Of a stretch of 64,000 bases of DNA, positions 1 through 10,614 are shown piece after piece. Within the stretch, counting starts at the first letter, position 1, and each line of letters opens with the position of its first letter. The stretch is from Alphaproteobacteria bacterium (GTDB lineage: Bacteria > Pseudomonadota > Alphaproteobacteria > RF32 > CAG-239): contig JBGUGE010000076.1 of assembly GCA_045111335.1 (NCBI GenBank), forward strand, positions 85,945 through 149,944, read 5' to 3'. The position numbers and the translations under genes were made by a program. Under the pieces are notes generated by a model, which made no database searches, was not told the DNA's origin, and saw only the letters and a program-made list of their open reading frames with translations.

Positions 1-533
1 CAATGCACGGCGGCCAATGACAATAAAACGGTTGCGTTTGCCGCCAAATCGATTACATAATGCGAATTGTCGGCTTCGATAGCCTGCGACTTAATGTGAC
101 GCATAACATATTTTTGAAACATAATCAGGGCGGCGGTCAAAATCAAGCTGACTGCCATTACGCAAACACCGACAAATGTGTGCTCCAACACCACCGGATG
201 AAAGAAACGATATACCGCGTCATACAAAATAAAACAAGCCGAACCGCTGATAAAAGCCGCCTGAATCAGGGCGCTGATAGCCTCTGCCTTGCCATATCCG
301 TAACGATGGTCGCAGGTCAGCGGTCTATCGGAATAAATCACGGCAATAAACGTTATGACGGAAGAAAACACATCGGCCAAACTGTCCGCCATTGAAGATA
401 ATACCGAAAGCGAACCGGTGGCAAACGCCGCACCGGCCTTGAGCAGTGTCAAAACACAGGCGGTGGAAATACTGGCAATCGCCGCCGCAAATTTATATTG
501 CGATTCGGTAATTTTACTATTTGATGATTTCAA
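1..533 (-). CDS. Cation diffusion facilitator (CDF, FieF-like) metal efflux transporter, N-terminal part; gene continues past the left window edge
   Basis: My own minus-strand translation reads ...FAAAIASISTACVLTLLKAGAAFATGSLSVLSSMADSLADVFSSVITFIAVIYSDRPLTCDHRYGYGKAEAISALIQAAFISGSACFILYDAVYRFFHP... The H-x-YG-x-GKAE block between TM helices is typical of CDF transporters. The frame stays open to base 1, so it is missing from the ORF track. The start is uncertain (TTG at 533 is the first candidate). Confidence 0.7.
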   Translation of the reverse strand, partial: MKSSNSKITESQYKFAAAIASISTACVLTLLKAGAAFATGSLSVLSSMADSLADVFSSVITFIAVIYSDRPLTCDHRYGYGKAEAISALIQAAFISGSACFILYDAVYRFFHPVVLEHTFVGVCVMAVSLILTAALIMFQKYVMRHIKSQAIEADNSHYVIDLAANATVLLSLAAVH

Positions 534-3500
534 GAATTTTCTCCATTTGCTCCGTATCAATAACAGCCGCCTTATCACCTAAGAACTGTGCCAACAATTT
601 TAAATGCCGATTCGGATTATTTCTATCAAAACGATAGGTCACAAAAGCAGTATCCTCCGTTTTATAAAACAAAATATCGACATAGTTGCCGTCTTCGATA
701 TCCAATTTAAGGATTTTTTGCGGAGAAACCGTCGGTGCATCAATAATTTTTTGGAAAGGCGTGTTGAGCAAAACCTTCATTATATTGGTCAAATACATTT
801 CGCCTTGCGAGCTTTGGTGGCGGTCATAAGGCCGTCCGTAACGTAAATCCCAAACATAAGAATAAGTCCACTTGTGCCAATCCAAATCCATATCAATAAA
901 GTCGGCGTTGATTTCCCAAACCTGAAATTGGTTGTCAAAACGCATATAGGCGGCCTTAGCACTGCGCCCTATATCGAGATTTATATCACCCAAAAGGAAT
1001 TGTTGCACCGTGTTATCGCCGCTTTTGAAATAAATTGCGACCGCCTTGGAGTGTTCATCTTCAATCGGCAACAAATTAAACATTGCTAAATTTTCGGCCT
1101 GATTGCTCTTGCGAGTAAAATATCGGGCGTCGGCAACGGTACTCAGTAAACGGCGGATTCGCTCCTGATAAACCGGCAAGTCCGGCATACTTTCCAAAAC
1201 CCACAATCCGTTTTGGAGCTTAAAATCAAGAGTTGTTTTGTGAGTTTGCAGGGTAATGCGGTCGATGCTGTTCAAATGCTCCATAAGCTCCGGAAATACC
1301 AATTTGTTCTCATAAGCGTCGACACTGCTGCGATTAACCAAATATACCGAAAGCATCGCGCACAGGAAAATACCGGTGCAAAATACGCCTAAAATGCGTA
1401 ATTTGCGATTAATCTTCGGCATAAACGAAAAAGTTCTTTTGCGGCGTAGCAGGCGAATGGTAAGCACAATCAGCATAATCGACCCGAAACCGAGCGGTAA
1501 GGCCCATATATTCAAAAAGTTAACGCGCGCTGCCACGGTATTGATGTTGGAATATGCCTGATAACGAGCATCACTCAGTTGCTTTTTGAAATCGTTGAGC
1601 TGATTTCTGATTTTGGAAAGAGCTGCCAATTCATCGGCCGTAAAGCTTTCACGACCTTCGAATTCCTTTTTGCTCCAGACCTCCTGCACTGCCTGTTTGG
1701 CCTTATCTATTTGTTCGAAAATTTCTTCCTCTTTTTGCTTATATTGAAAAGAGTTTAATCGGCGCAAAAGTTCGATATCTTCAAAGCGTCGTGACAAAGA
1801 ACGCTTGCCGCGCAAACCGATAAGCGCTTCGTCTCCGGCTAAATAGTCGATGGCATTAAGCAGCAGGTTGGCATTGTCAAAAATCGAGGTTACGTATTCG
1901 CTGTCCAACAAATAAACTTTATCCATCCAAAAGCGATCGTATAAAAAGTCGGAATCGGCAAAGACAATGACATCAAACGGGTTATCCGGCTCCATACCGA
2001 TAATTTCGGCAGCCATAAATTTGTTATTTTCATCGGGTTGGAAATTTTTGAGAATATCTTGCGGATTAAGTCCGTCAATTACCGTATCCGCCGTCATCAT
2101 CGCCGAAATATCACTAGCCTTCAGCAACGGATAAAAGGCAATTTCATTGTTTTTGTACTTTTGCAAATCCGGCATAATTGCCGAGGTCGATGCCATCATG
2201 ACTTCATGCAAATTACGGATAACCGGATGCTTCGGATTCATATTGTCACGATGCAATCTGAATTGCAATATATCTTGCGAAAACACCGGATTGGTAGCAT
2301 AGTCGGTGGTGGCATCAACGGTAATGGAATTTTGCAAATCGGCTACCACAAAATCCTTATAAAATTTAAAATGCCACAGTTTTTCAAAAAATTCGGAATC
2401 AGATGCCGACAAATAATTTTGCACCGGTGCATACAGTCGTGAAGCCTCATTTGCCGGATCCAGAACCAAAACGATTTTACCGCCGCCGCGGGCATAATCT
2501 CTGACCTTGTTCAAAGTGTCTTCGGTAAAAAATTTCGGATACATAATCAACACCACATCAAAATGATATTTATCAAAATCTTCCGGTGCCAAAATGTGGT
2601 GAATACGATAATCTTTATCGAGCATATTGATGATTTCCCACGGACCGTCGAATATCATATTATCGTCGTCGGAACCGCGGCCGAAAATCGGCAAACTCGT
2701 TAAAATTCCGAGCCGCTTTTTTTCTTTGGAAAGTTGGTGTATTTTGGTAGTGATGTCTTGCTCCAAGCGCCCGAATTGATTGGTGGCGAAAAACGGAATA
2801 ACCTCTTTGTTTTGCAAGCTGTCTTCCAGCGTCATTCCGAATAAGGCACTCTGATTAAGGTCAATCAGCGGAATTGACTGCAATCCGCCGGCAATGGCGA
2901 GGTCTTCTTCTTTACTCAAAAACATCGGATAATAAATTTTGTAATCAAACTTGCCTTTAGCGGCGTTTTTATACTTTTGCAACAAAATGCGAATATTGTC
3001 GAACTGTTCACGCAAATCGGTATTACGGCGCCCTAAAATCGGCGAAAAATACAGTTTTGCCAATACCGGCTCTTTGAGATTTTGCAAAACAGCTTCGGTG
3101 CTTTCGGTCAACGTAAAGTTTTTTTCGGCAGTACCGTCATATTGCACGTTCATCGTCAGGTTATTGGCTAAAATATTAATTCCGAAAAATCCGATAAACA
3201 GCAACAGCCAAGCCGTAATGGTATAGCTTTTGCTTGAAGATTTCAGCCAACCGGAAGTACCTGCGGTTTTGAAATTGATAATCAAAACGGTGGTATAATT
3301 ACCAAAAATAATCAGCGACAAAAAGAATATCACGTCGCGCAATTCGAGCAGTCCGCGGGTGAGGGTATCAAAGTGCGTAATAAAGCTGAACGAGGCAATC
3401 ACGTCAATCATCGTATCCGGCAAAAACAGGCGGAAAAACGACAGCACGTATTCAATGCCGCTCCAGAAAAACATCAGATTTGCGATAACTGCCAATACCA

Positions 3501-3990
3501 ATGCAATAATCTGATTTTTGGTCAGCGCCGACATAATTTGCGAGACGGAAAGCATACATCCGGCCAAAATAAAACTGGCGCAATAGCCCATAAATATCAC
3601 AAAGTTATCCGGTGTGCCGAGACAGTTAATCGTAATCCAAAACGGAAAAGTCAAAACCAGTGCCAAACCGCAGAAAATCCACGCGGCAAAAAACTTGCCG
3701 AGCACCAATGCGGTAATCGAAATCGGCATGGTGGCAATCTGTACAATGGTTTTAGAGTGAAATTCTTCTGCCCATAAGCGCATGGAAATCCCCGGAATAA
3801 ACAATAAATAAAGCCACGGCTGAAACATAAACATGGATAATAAATCAGCCTGTCCGCGCTCAAAAAAGTGTCCGAAATAGGTGGCAAACGAAGCATTGAG
3901 AAGCACAAAACAGCACAAATAAACATACGCCAAAGGTGATACAAAATAGCGAATGAGCTCGTTTTTGGTAACGGTCAGAATTTTATGCAT
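517..3990 (-). CDS. ABC-2 type permease fused to a GldG-like periplasmic region and a DUF4340-like C-terminal domain (GldF/GldG-type fusion)
   Basis: 1157-aa ORF. The first ~240 aa are a six-TM ABC-2 permease. A large soluble region follows, then a second hydrophobic block (LNIWALPLGFGSIMLIVLTIRLL, ILGVFCTGIFLCAMLSVYLV) and a ~300-aa C-terminal domain. It overlaps the upstream ATPase gene by 8 nt. Confidence 0.7.
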   Translation of the reverse strand: MHKILTVTKNELIRYFVSPLAYVYLCCFVLLNASFATYFGHFFERGQADLLSMFMFQPWLYLLFIPGISMRLWAEEFHSKTIVQIATMPISITALVLGKFFAAWIFCGLALVLTFPFWITINCLGTPDNFVIFMGYCASFILAGCMLSVSQIMSALTKNQIIALVLAVIANLMFFWSGIEYVLSFFRLFLPDTMIDVIASFSFITHFDTLTRGLLELRDVIFFLSLIIFGNYTTVLIINFKTAGTSGWLKSSSKSYTITAWLLLFIGFFGINILANNLTMNVQYDGTAEKNFTLTESTEAVLQNLKEPVLAKLYFSPILGRRNTDLREQFDNIRILLQKYKNAAKGKFDYKIYYPMFLSKEEDLAIAGGLQSIPLIDLNQSALFGMTLEDSLQNKEVIPFFATNQFGRLEQDITTKIHQLSKEKKRLGILTSLPIFGRGSDDDNMIFDGPWEIINMLDKDYRIHHILAPEDFDKYHFDVVLIMYPKFFTEDTLNKVRDYARGGGKIVLVLDPANEASRLYAPVQNYLSASDSEFFEKLWHFKFYKDFVVADLQNSITVDATTDYATNPVFSQDILQFRLHRDNMNPKHPVIRNLHEVMMASTSAIMPDLQKYKNNEIAFYPLLKASDISAMMTADTVIDGLNPQDILKNFQPDENNKFMAAEIIGMEPDNPFDVIVFADSDFLYDRFWMDKVYLLDSEYVTSIFDNANLLLNAIDYLAGDEALIGLRGKRSLSRRFEDIELLRRLNSFQYKQKEEEIFEQIDKAKQAVQEVWSKKEFEGRESFTADELAALSKIRNQLNDFKKQLSDARYQAYSNINTVAARVNFLNIWALPLGFGSIMLIVLTIRLLRRKRTFSFMPKINRKLRILGVFCTGIFLCAMLSVYLVNRSSVDAYENKLVFPELMEHLNSIDRITLQTHKTTLDFKLQNGLWVLESMPDLPVYQERIRRLLSTVADARYFTRKSNQAENLAMFNLLPIEDEHSKAVAIYFKSGDNTVQQFLLGDINLDIGRSAKAAYMRFDNQFQVWEINADFIDMDLDWHKWTYSYVWDLRYGRPYDRHQSSQGEMYLTNIMKVLLNTPFQKIIDAPTVSPQKILKLDIEDGNYVDILFYKTEDTAFVTYRFDRNNPNRHLKLLAQFLGDKAAVIDTEQMEKILEIIK

Positions 3991-4720
3991 CAGGATTTTC
4001 CTCCTTGGTTAATTTGCGAAAAGCGGCGGCAATACTGCGCGTTTTGGTCTGTTGCAAAATAGTTTTTAAATCGCCGTCTGCCTTGATGCGGCCCTTATCC
4101 AAAACAATAATGCGATTGCATACCGATTCGGCTTCATCAAGCAAATGGGTAGAAATTACAATGGTTTTATCTTTTGCCATTTTTTTAATCAACGCCCGAA
4201 TATAATCCTTTTGATTCGGGTCCAAACCGTCGGTTGGCTCGTCCAACAACAAAATCGGCGGGTTGCTGATAATGCTTTGTGCAAACCCTACGCGGCGTTG
4301 GTAGCCCTTAGACAGAGTTTCCACTTTTTGGTTTAATACATCGGTAATGTTGGCAATTTCAGCGGCATTTTGCACGGCTTTTCTGCCCAGTCCTCTGAGT
4401 TCTGCCATATATGTTAGAAACCGCTTGACCGTTAAATCGGCATAAAGCGGCGCGCCCTCCGGCAAAAAACCGATGTTTTCTTTGGCAAACAGCGGAAATT
4501 TCGCAATATCTTTGCCTAAAATTTCAATATAACCGGATGTCGGTGCCAGATAGCCGGCAATCATATTCATCAGCGTCGATTTACCTGCACCGTTCGGCCC
4601 CAGCAGCGCAACAATATCGCCGGTGCAGGCTTCAAAATTGAGGTGCTCTGAGGCATGAATGTTGCCGTAATTTTTGCACAAATCCCTGATGTAAAGAATT
4701 GATTTTTCAGATTTTTTCAT
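3983..4720 (-). CDS. ABC transporter ATP-binding protein (GldA-like partner of the downstream permease)
   Basis: Walker A GPNGAGKST, ABC signature LSKGYQRRV, Walker B LLLDEPTDGLD. Translationally coupled to the permease gene. Confidence 0.9.
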   Translation of the reverse strand: MKKSEKSILYIRDLCKNYGNIHASEHLNFEACTGDIVALLGPNGAGKSTLMNMIAGYLAPTSGYIEILGKDIAKFPLFAKENIGFLPEGAPLYADLTVKRFLTYMAELRGLGRKAVQNAAEIANITDVLNQKVETLSKGYQRRVGFAQSIISNPPILLLDEPTDGLDPNQKDYIRALIKKMAKDKTIVISTHLLDEAESVCNRIIVLDKGRIKADGDLKTILQQTKTRSIAAAFRKLTKEENPDA

Positions 4721-5810
4721 AGATTTCTCCTCCGCTCATCGGTTCATAGGCACCGGTTGTTGTCGGATAAGTCAACGGCAATCCGTACAGTCTCCGTACG
4801 GTGTTGAAAGCGGTGCTTTGTGCGCCGATTGCCGTTAAATCCGTGTTGATTTCTGTTATAAATTGCAATTTACGCGGGGCAAAATTTTGTTTGATAAAGC
4901 GCGTTAGGGTAGGATTTTTACAGCCTTCTCCGCATAAATACAAATTTGTCGGAATATTCGGTAAAAAATCAAATGCCGCCTGATAAATTGCCTCGGCAAT
5001 AAAGGCCGTGGCGGTAGCGGCGCCGTCTTCAAGCGACAAACCTTCAAGATGCTCTTTTTTATCGGCAAAACACATTATATCCATGGCTTTAGGCGGCGTT
5101 TTCTTCAAAACTTTATGCCTTAACAGAGATTCGATAATTTGCGTATCTGTTTTGCCGATAACCGCTAATTTGCCGTTATAATCCGTTTGCATATTGGCAT
5201 GCCGAAAAGTCCAATCTTCAATCATGGCTACTGCCGGCGCACAATCAAACGCAATCAGCTCACCCGATTGCCCCAGATAAATTAAACTTGCCACCGTATC
5301 CGCACAAATAAACAGCGCCGGTTTTTCGATGGTTTGTCCCAAACAGTTGATAAAAGCCGGCAACAACGGAGATGCTTGCCCGTTTGAAAGTAAATCGGCG
5401 CGGTGAAAGTGGGTAATAATACTTTGTCCCAAAGTTTCAGCCATAACCCTTCCGTCTTCAAGCTGATACGAGCATTTTTCCTCCGGATTGCTGAAGATAG
5501 TCAGCCCGTCAATACCATAGCAATCAACCTTTTCGTCGGCGGCAAATTCTTTAATACATTCAACGTAAAAACGGCTGATTTTTTCGCGCAAGCATTGTAC
5601 TTCCGGGTTATTTTTAAGCTCGTCATAGCTGCGATCGCGATGAGCAATCAGCGTGCGAATGTCCATACACAAATCTTCCGGATAATGTACGGTTTGTGTT
5701 TTTATAAACTGCTGCACGTCAACTCCGTCGGTTGCAATCAGAGCCAAATCCGCCGAATTAAGGGAAGCATTGCCATATACACCGAGGGCATTTAAGCTTT
5801 TTATAATCAT
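4707..5810 (-). CDS. anmK: Anhydro-N-acetylmuramic acid kinase-like protein (divergent AnmK)
   Basis: 367 aa. Overall block order matches AnmK: N-terminal G-x-x-G-x-S...D-G-x-D, NGQASPLLPAF in place of GGQGAPLVPAF, FDCAP, PPKAM in place of PKSTG, LCGEGCKNPTL, and a C-terminal PTTTGA...GGEIY. Several catalytic-looking motifs are degenerate. Confidence 0.6.
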   Translation of the reverse strand: MIIKSLNALGVYGNASLNSADLALIATDGVDVQQFIKTQTVHYPEDLCMDIRTLIAHRDRSYDELKNNPEVQCLREKISRFYVECIKEFAADEKVDCYGIDGLTIFSNPEEKCSYQLEDGRVMAETLGQSIITHFHRADLLSNGQASPLLPAFINCLGQTIEKPALFICADTVASLIYLGQSGELIAFDCAPAVAMIEDWTFRHANMQTDYNGKLAVIGKTDTQIIESLLRHKVLKKTPPKAMDIMCFADKKEHLEGLSLEDGAATATAFIAEAIYQAAFDFLPNIPTNLYLCGEGCKNPTLTRFIKQNFAPRKLQFITEINTDLTAIGAQSTAFNTVRRLYGLPLTYPTTTGAYEPMSGGEIYEKI

Positions 5811-5897
5811 TCAAATTAAATCCTGTTGCAATGATAAAATATTATGCTACTATACGTTAAAAATTGGTATAAAATCAGAAAGGACAGGGGATAACCA

Positions 5898-7148
5898 ATG
5901 ACAAAATTTAAATCGGAATTTTTAAATATTATGGACGAGCGCGGTTTTTATAATCAATGCACTAACGAAGAAGGATTCGATACCTATTTGTATGAGTGTG
6001 AAAAGGCAGGAAAGCCGGCCATCGGATATTTGGGTTCCGACCCTACCGGTGACAGCTTGCATGTCGGGCATATTGTGCCGCTGATGATGCTGCGCTGGTT
6101 CCAAAAATGCGGACATAAACCGCTTACTCTGGTGGGAGGCGCTACGGCGCGTATCGGTGACCCGTCCGGCAAAGATAAATTGCGTCCGTTTTTGGACGAG
6201 GCCACATTGGCGCACAATACGCAGGGTTTGAAAAAGTCATTTTCTAAGTTTTTGAGATTCGGTGACGGTCCTACCGATGCCGTAATGGTTGATAACTGGG
6301 AATGGTTTAAGGATATTAATTATTTGGAGTTTTTGCGTGATATCGGCACTTGCTATTCGGTAAATCGCATGCTGACCATGGATAGCGTGAAGAGCCGTTT
6401 GGAGCGCGAACAGCCGATGTCGTTTTTGGAATTCAACTATATGCTGTTGCAAGGCTACGATTTCTGCGTATTGTTGCAAAAATATAACTGCCGCGCGCAG
6501 ATTGCCGGTGCCGACCAATGGGGTAACATAACCTCCGGTACCGAACTCGGCCGCCGTCGCTACGACACCGAATTGTTCGGCTTTACCAGCCCGATTATTA
6601 CCGATTCGTCCGGCAAAAAAATGGGCAAATCCGAGGGCAATGCGGTGTGGATTAACGAAGATAAACTGCCGGCGTATGATTATTATCAATACTTCCGCAA
6701 CATCGGTGATGCCGAGGTCGGCAAGTGTTTGCGTATTTATACCGATTTGCCGATGGATGAGGTGCGTCGTTTGGAAAAATTGCAAGATAAGGAAATCAAC
6801 GAAGCCAAGAAAATTCTGGCATTTGAAGCAACCAAAATTTGCCGCGGCGAAGCAGAAGCCAAGTCGGCACAGGAAACTGCCATCAAAACCTTTGAACAGG
6901 GTGTTGCCGGTGACGATTTGCCGACTTTGAATGCTGATTTGCAAGCCGGTATCGGCGTGTTGGATGCCTTTTTGCAAATCGGTTTTGTGGAGAGCAAAGG
7001 CGAAGCACGGCGTTTGATTAAGCAAGCCGGATTAAAAATCAACGGCCAACCGATTACCGATGAAAATTATGTGATTACGGCAGCCGATTTGGTTGACGGC
7101 GCAGTCAAAATCGCTCAAGGCAAAAAGAAATTCGGGTTGATTAAATAG
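5898..7148 (+). CDS. tyrS: Tyrosine--tRNA ligase
   Basis: 416 aa. HIGH-type motif (SLHVGH), KMSKS-type motif (KKMGKS), and a C-terminal S4-like RNA-binding tail (GEARRLIKQAGLKINGQ). Confidence 0.95.
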   Translation: MTKFKSEFLNIMDERGFYNQCTNEEGFDTYLYECEKAGKPAIGYLGSDPTGDSLHVGHIVPLMMLRWFQKCGHKPLTLVGGATARIGDPSGKDKLRPFLDEATLAHNTQGLKKSFSKFLRFGDGPTDAVMVDNWEWFKDINYLEFLRDIGTCYSVNRMLTMDSVKSRLEREQPMSFLEFNYMLLQGYDFCVLLQKYNCRAQIAGADQWGNITSGTELGRRRYDTELFGFTSPIITDSSGKKMGKSEGNAVWINEDKLPAYDYYQYFRNIGDAEVGKCLRIYTDLPMDEVRRLEKLQDKEINEAKKILAFEATKICRGEAEAKSAQETAIKTFEQGVAGDDLPTLNADLQAGIGVLDAFLQIGFVESKGEARRLIKQAGLKINGQPITDENYVITAADLVDGAVKIAQGKKKFGLIK

Positions 7149-7396
7149 CGCTTTAATCACGGGTGAGATGCGGCCGGGTTTTGCCGCGGTTCGCGCCGAG
7201 CATCAGCGTTTTATCCTTAATCAGTTTATCGTGATAAAGTTCGGTAAACGCTTCGTAGTGCTTGAGAAAAGCATCCAGCGCGTCCGAGTCCGCGTTTTTG
7301 CTGGCCGCTTTGCCCAAGCATAAATTATTTGCGAAAATTGATTAAACAGTTGCGAAACGCGTTTGTTTGGTTTATATCTATGCCACGGAGAAAAAA

Positions 7397-10216
7397 ATGG
7401 CGGAAAGCAAATATATCGAAATTAAGGGCGCGCGGCAGCACAATCTGAAAAATGTGAATGTCAACATTCCCAAAAATAAACTGACGGTTATTACCGGCCT
7501 GTCCGGTTCGGGCAAGTCTTCTTTGGCTTTTGATACGATTTATGCCGAGGGACAGCGTCGCTATGTTGAGAGTTTATCGGCCTATGCACGACAATTTCTT
7601 GATTTGATGAGCAAGCCTGATGTTGATTTGATTGAGGGTTTATCACCGGCTATTTCGATTGAGCAAAAAACCGTATCGCACAATCCGCGTTCGACGGTAG
7701 GTACCATTACCGAAATTTATGATTACATGCGCCTGCTGTGGGCGCGTGCCGGCACTCCGTATTCGCCGGCCACCGGTCTGCCGATTGAAGCGCAATCGAC
7801 TACGCAAATGGTGGATAAAATTATGGAATATCCGGTCGGTACCAAACTGATTTTGCTTTCTCCGATTGCTCGCGGCAAAAAAGGAGAATTTAAAAAAGAG
7901 TTTGCCGAGTTGCAGAAGAAAGGTTTTCAACGCCTCAATATTGATGGCGAAATTTATAACATCGAAGAATTGCCGAATTTAAATAAAAATAACAAGCATA
8001 ATATTGAGGTGGTGGTTGACCGTATTGTGGTCAAAGAAGGGTTGCAAAACCGTGTGGCACAATCGGTAGAAACCGCGCTGAAACTGAGTGACGGGCTGTT
8101 ATATGTGGAAAATATCAGCGATAAATCACGGGCAATATTTTCTTCAAAATTTGCTTGTCCGGTTTCTGGATTCACCATTGAGGAGATTGAACCGCGGCTG
8201 TTTTCGTTTAACAATCCGCAGGGTTCATGCCCGCATTGCGGCGGGTTGGGGGCAAGCCTGTATATGGATCCGGAATTGGTGGTGCCGAACGAGAATTTGA
8301 GCTTGGCCGGAGGAGCGATTGCTCCGTGGTCGGTCAGCAGTCATTCGATATTTTACCGGCAAACACTTAATTCGCTGTGTGAATATCTCGATATATCCAA
8401 CAAAACGCCGTGGAAAGATTTGCCGGCCTATGCTCAGGAAACAATACTTTACGGTTCCGGAAATCGCTGTGTGCCGATGGTTTATTCCAAATGGGTGAGC
8501 GATAAGCCGTTTGAAGGGGTTATTCCTAATTTGGAGCGTCGGTTTGTGGAAACCGAGTCGGCGGCGGTACGAGATGAACTTTCTCACTATCAATCTGCGG
8601 CCCCGTGTGAATGTTGCCACGGCAAGCGGCTTAAGCCGGAGGCGTTAGCGGTAAAAGTTGCCGGTTCGGATATTATTGATGCCAGCAATATGTCGGTAAA
8701 ACAGGCGCTGGAGTGGTTTGAAGGAGTGGAAGCACAGTTGAGCCCGCAAAAGCGCGAAATTGCCCGCAAGATACTGAAAGAAATTCGCGAGCGGCTGAGT
8801 TTCTTAAATAACGTCGGATTAGACTATTTAACCTTGTCACGGCAATCGGGTACGCTTTCCGGCGGAGAAGCCCAACGGATTCGTTTGGCCTCGCAAATAG
8901 GCACCGGTCTGACCGGCGTAATGTATGTTTTAGATGAGCCGTCAATCGGGTTGCACCAACGCGATAATGATAAACTGCTCGACAGTCTGCGTCGTTTGCG
9001 CGATATCGGTAATACAGTAATTGTGGTGGAGCATGATGAAGATGCCATGCGTGCCGCCGATTATATAGTGGATATGGGGCCGCTGGCCGGCACTTTCGGC
9101 GGCGAAGTTACGGCCGCAGGAACTCTGGAAGAAGTGTTGCATAATCCGAACAGTCTGACCGCCAAGTATTTGAACGGCGAAAAGAAAATCGCTTTGCCGA
9201 CCAAGCGTCGCAAGGGGAATGGTAAATTTTTGGAGCTCAAAGGTGCTCGTACCAACAATTTGAAAAATGTCGATTTGAAACTCCCGCTCGGCACGTTTAC
9301 CTGCGTGACCGGTATTTCCGGTAGCGGTAAGTCATCGCTGATTTTAGAAACGTTGTTCAAAGCGATAGATAAAGAAATGAACGGCTCTCGGGTGCCGCCG
9401 GGGCCTTATGATAAACTTATCGGACTGGAGAATATCGATAAAGTGATTGATATCGATCAATCGCCGATCGGGCGCACACCGCGTTCCAATCCGGCCACTT
9501 ATACCGGCGTGTTTACCAACATTCGCGATTGGTTTGCCGAGCTGCCGGAAGCCAGAGCACGCGGCTATACTTCAGGTTATTTTTCGTTTAATGTGCCGGG
9601 TGGGCGATGTGAAGCTTGCAAGGGCGACGGTGTAATGAAAATCGAAATGAACTTTTTGCCGGACGTTTATGTGCCTTGTGATGCCTGTCACGGCACTCGT
9701 TATAATCGCGAAACGTTAGAGGTAAAATTCAAAGATAAATCAATCGCCGACATTCTGGATATGACCATTGACGATGCCTACAAGTTTTTTGAAAATATTC
9801 CGACGATTCGCCGCCGCTTGGATTTGCTCAGACGCGTCGGTTTGGGCTATGTTAAGTTAGGCCAACCGGCACCGACTCTTTCCGGCGGTGAGGCGCAACG
9901 CATTAAACTTTCTAAAGAATTGAGCAAAAAGGCCACCGGCAAAACATTGTATATTTTGGATGAGCCGACCACCGGTTTGCATTTTGAAGATATCGGGCAT
10001 TTACTCGATGTGTTGGAAATGTTGGTGGAACAGGGCAACACCGTGGTGGTAATCGAACATAATCTCGATGTGATAAAAATGGCGGACTACATTGTGGATG
10101 TGGGGCCGGAAGGCGGCGAGGGCGGCGGCGAAATTATTGCCGTCGGCACTCCGGAAGAAATCGTTAAATGTAAAAAGAGTTTTACCGGTAAGTATTTGAA
10201 AGATAAGCTGAAATAA
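7397..10216 (+). CDS. uvrA: Excinuclease ABC subunit A
   Basis: Two ABC modules (GLSGSGKSS and GISGSGKSS Walker A; LSGGEAQR signature twice) and CxxC zinc-finger pairs. The ATG at 7397 ([19 protein letters not shown]) is preferred over the TTG at 7367 from the ORF track. Confidence 0.95.
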   Translation: MAESKYIEIKGARQHNLKNVNVNIPKNKLTVITGLSGSGKSSLAFDTIYAEGQRRYVESLSAYARQFLDLMSKPDVDLIEGLSPAISIEQKTVSHNPRSTVGTITEIYDYMRLLWARAGTPYSPATGLPIEAQSTTQMVDKIMEYPVGTKLILLSPIARGKKGEFKKEFAELQKKGFQRLNIDGEIYNIEELPNLNKNNKHNIEVVVDRIVVKEGLQNRVAQSVETALKLSDGLLYVENISDKSRAIFSSKFACPVSGFTIEEIEPRLFSFNNPQGSCPHCGGLGASLYMDPELVVPNENLSLAGGAIAPWSVSSHSIFYRQTLNSLCEYLDISNKTPWKDLPAYAQETILYGSGNRCVPMVYSKWVSDKPFEGVIPNLERRFVETESAAVRDELSHYQSAAPCECCHGKRLKPEALAVKVAGSDIIDASNMSVKQALEWFEGVEAQLSPQKREIARKILKEIRERLSFLNNVGLDYLTLSRQSGTLSGGEAQRIRLASQIGTGLTGVMYVLDEPSIGLHQRDNDKLLDSLRRLRDIGNTVIVVEHDEDAMRAADYIVDMGPLAGTFGGEVTAAGTLEEVLHNPNSLTAKYLNGEKKIALPTKRRKGNGKFLELKGARTNNLKNVDLKLPLGTFTCVTGISGSGKSSLILETLFKAIDKEMNGSRVPPGPYDKLIGLENIDKVIDIDQSPIGRTPRSNPATYTGVFTNIRDWFAELPEARARGYTSGYFSFNVPGGRCEACKGDGVMKIEMNFLPDVYVPCDACHGTRYNRETLEVKFKDKSIADILDMTIDDAYKFFENIPTIRRRLDLLRRVGLGYVKLGQPAPTLSGGEAQRIKLSKELSKKATGKTLYILDEPTTGLHFEDIGHLLDVLEMLVEQGNTVVVIEHNLDVIKMADYIVDVGPEGGEGGGEIIAVGTPEEIVKCKKSFTGKYLKDKLK

Positions 10217-10217
10217 C

Positions 10218-10442
10218 TTACTCCAACACAATCCGCATTTTCTTACCGTAAAAATCAAGCAAACGGCGGAAATGGCTGAAGGTCAGAAATTTACAGTTTT
10301 CAATACGCCTAATCTCTCTGCTGTTGATATGGGTTGCGGCCTGCAATTCTTCGATACTGAGTTGATGTTCAAGCCGTAACTGTTTAAGTTGCGGACAAAC
10401 TTCCGCCAAAATCTCTTTATTGATCAAATTGTGCAAACTCAT
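10218..10442 (-). CDS. Small XRE-type helix-turn-helix protein
   Basis: 74 aa. LSIEELQAATHINSREIRRIENCKF fits the XRE HTH pattern. GAGGAG RBS 7 nt upstream of the ATG. Convergent with the end of uvrA. Confidence 0.6.
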   Translation of the reverse strand: MSLHNLINKEILAEVCPQLKQLRLEHQLSIEELQAATHINSREIRRIENCKFLTFSHFRRLLDFYGKKMRIVLE

Positions 10443-10463
10443 AATTTGAAACTCCTCAAAATT

Positions 10464-10493
10464 AAATAAAAAAGACCACTCAAAGAAGTGGTC
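10464..10493 (-). terminator. Intrinsic terminator-like hairpin (7-bp stem GACCACT/AGTGGTC followed by U6AU3 on the minus strand)
   Basis: Read directly: plus strand aaataaaaaaGACCACTcaaagaAGTGGTC. On the minus strand the stem is followed by TTTTTTATTT. It lies only ~21 nt upstream of the HTH gene ATG. Confidence 0.55.
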
Positions 10494-10614
10494 GGGAGTT
10501 CACAACTGCAAGAAGACAGTCCGGCTTATTCAATATATTCGGCCGGCTCCCCACCATTGAGGAGTTATTTTCTTCTTGGGAGTTGTGATACTCCGCAGAT
10601 AATCTCTTATCTGC
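10464..10614 (-). ncRNA. Candidate ~150-nt structured RNA (sRNA or attenuator-type leader of the HTH gene)
   Basis: On the minus strand there is a perfect TATAAT at 10619-10624, about 7 nt before an 8-bp hairpin (GCAGATAA/TTATCTGC, 10595-10614). Next comes a long interrupted helix (10571-10594 pairing with 10494-10516: CACAACT and AAGAAGA arms) that encloses two small hairpins. The terminator follows. I recognised no known RNA family. Confidence 0.35.

Noticed and set aside
60-582. Plus-strand ORFs 60-395 and 355-582
   Set aside because: These are shadow ORFs of the minus-strand CDF transporter gene, whose translation has clear family motifs.
5826-5853. Candidate tyrS promoter (TTGCAA - 16 nt - TACTAT) and other AT-rich -10-like hexamers in intergenic regions
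   Set aside because: They are plausible but not distinctive in AT-rich spacers. Only the near-consensus promoter at 61371 was reported as a feature.
6237-7042. 262-aa and 101-aa antisense ORFs inside tyrS
   Set aside because: tyrS on the plus strand is unambiguous (HIGH and KMSKS motifs). The antisense products are low-complexity with no start context.
7153-7317. Open minus-strand frame in the tyrS-uvrA spacer (…KNADSDALDAFLKHYEAFTELYHDKLIKDKTLMLGANRGKTRPHLTRD)
   Set aside because: It looks protein-like and may be a gene remnant or a small gene, but it has only a TTG start candidate, no RBS I could see, and is under 60 codons. That is not enough evidence to call it.
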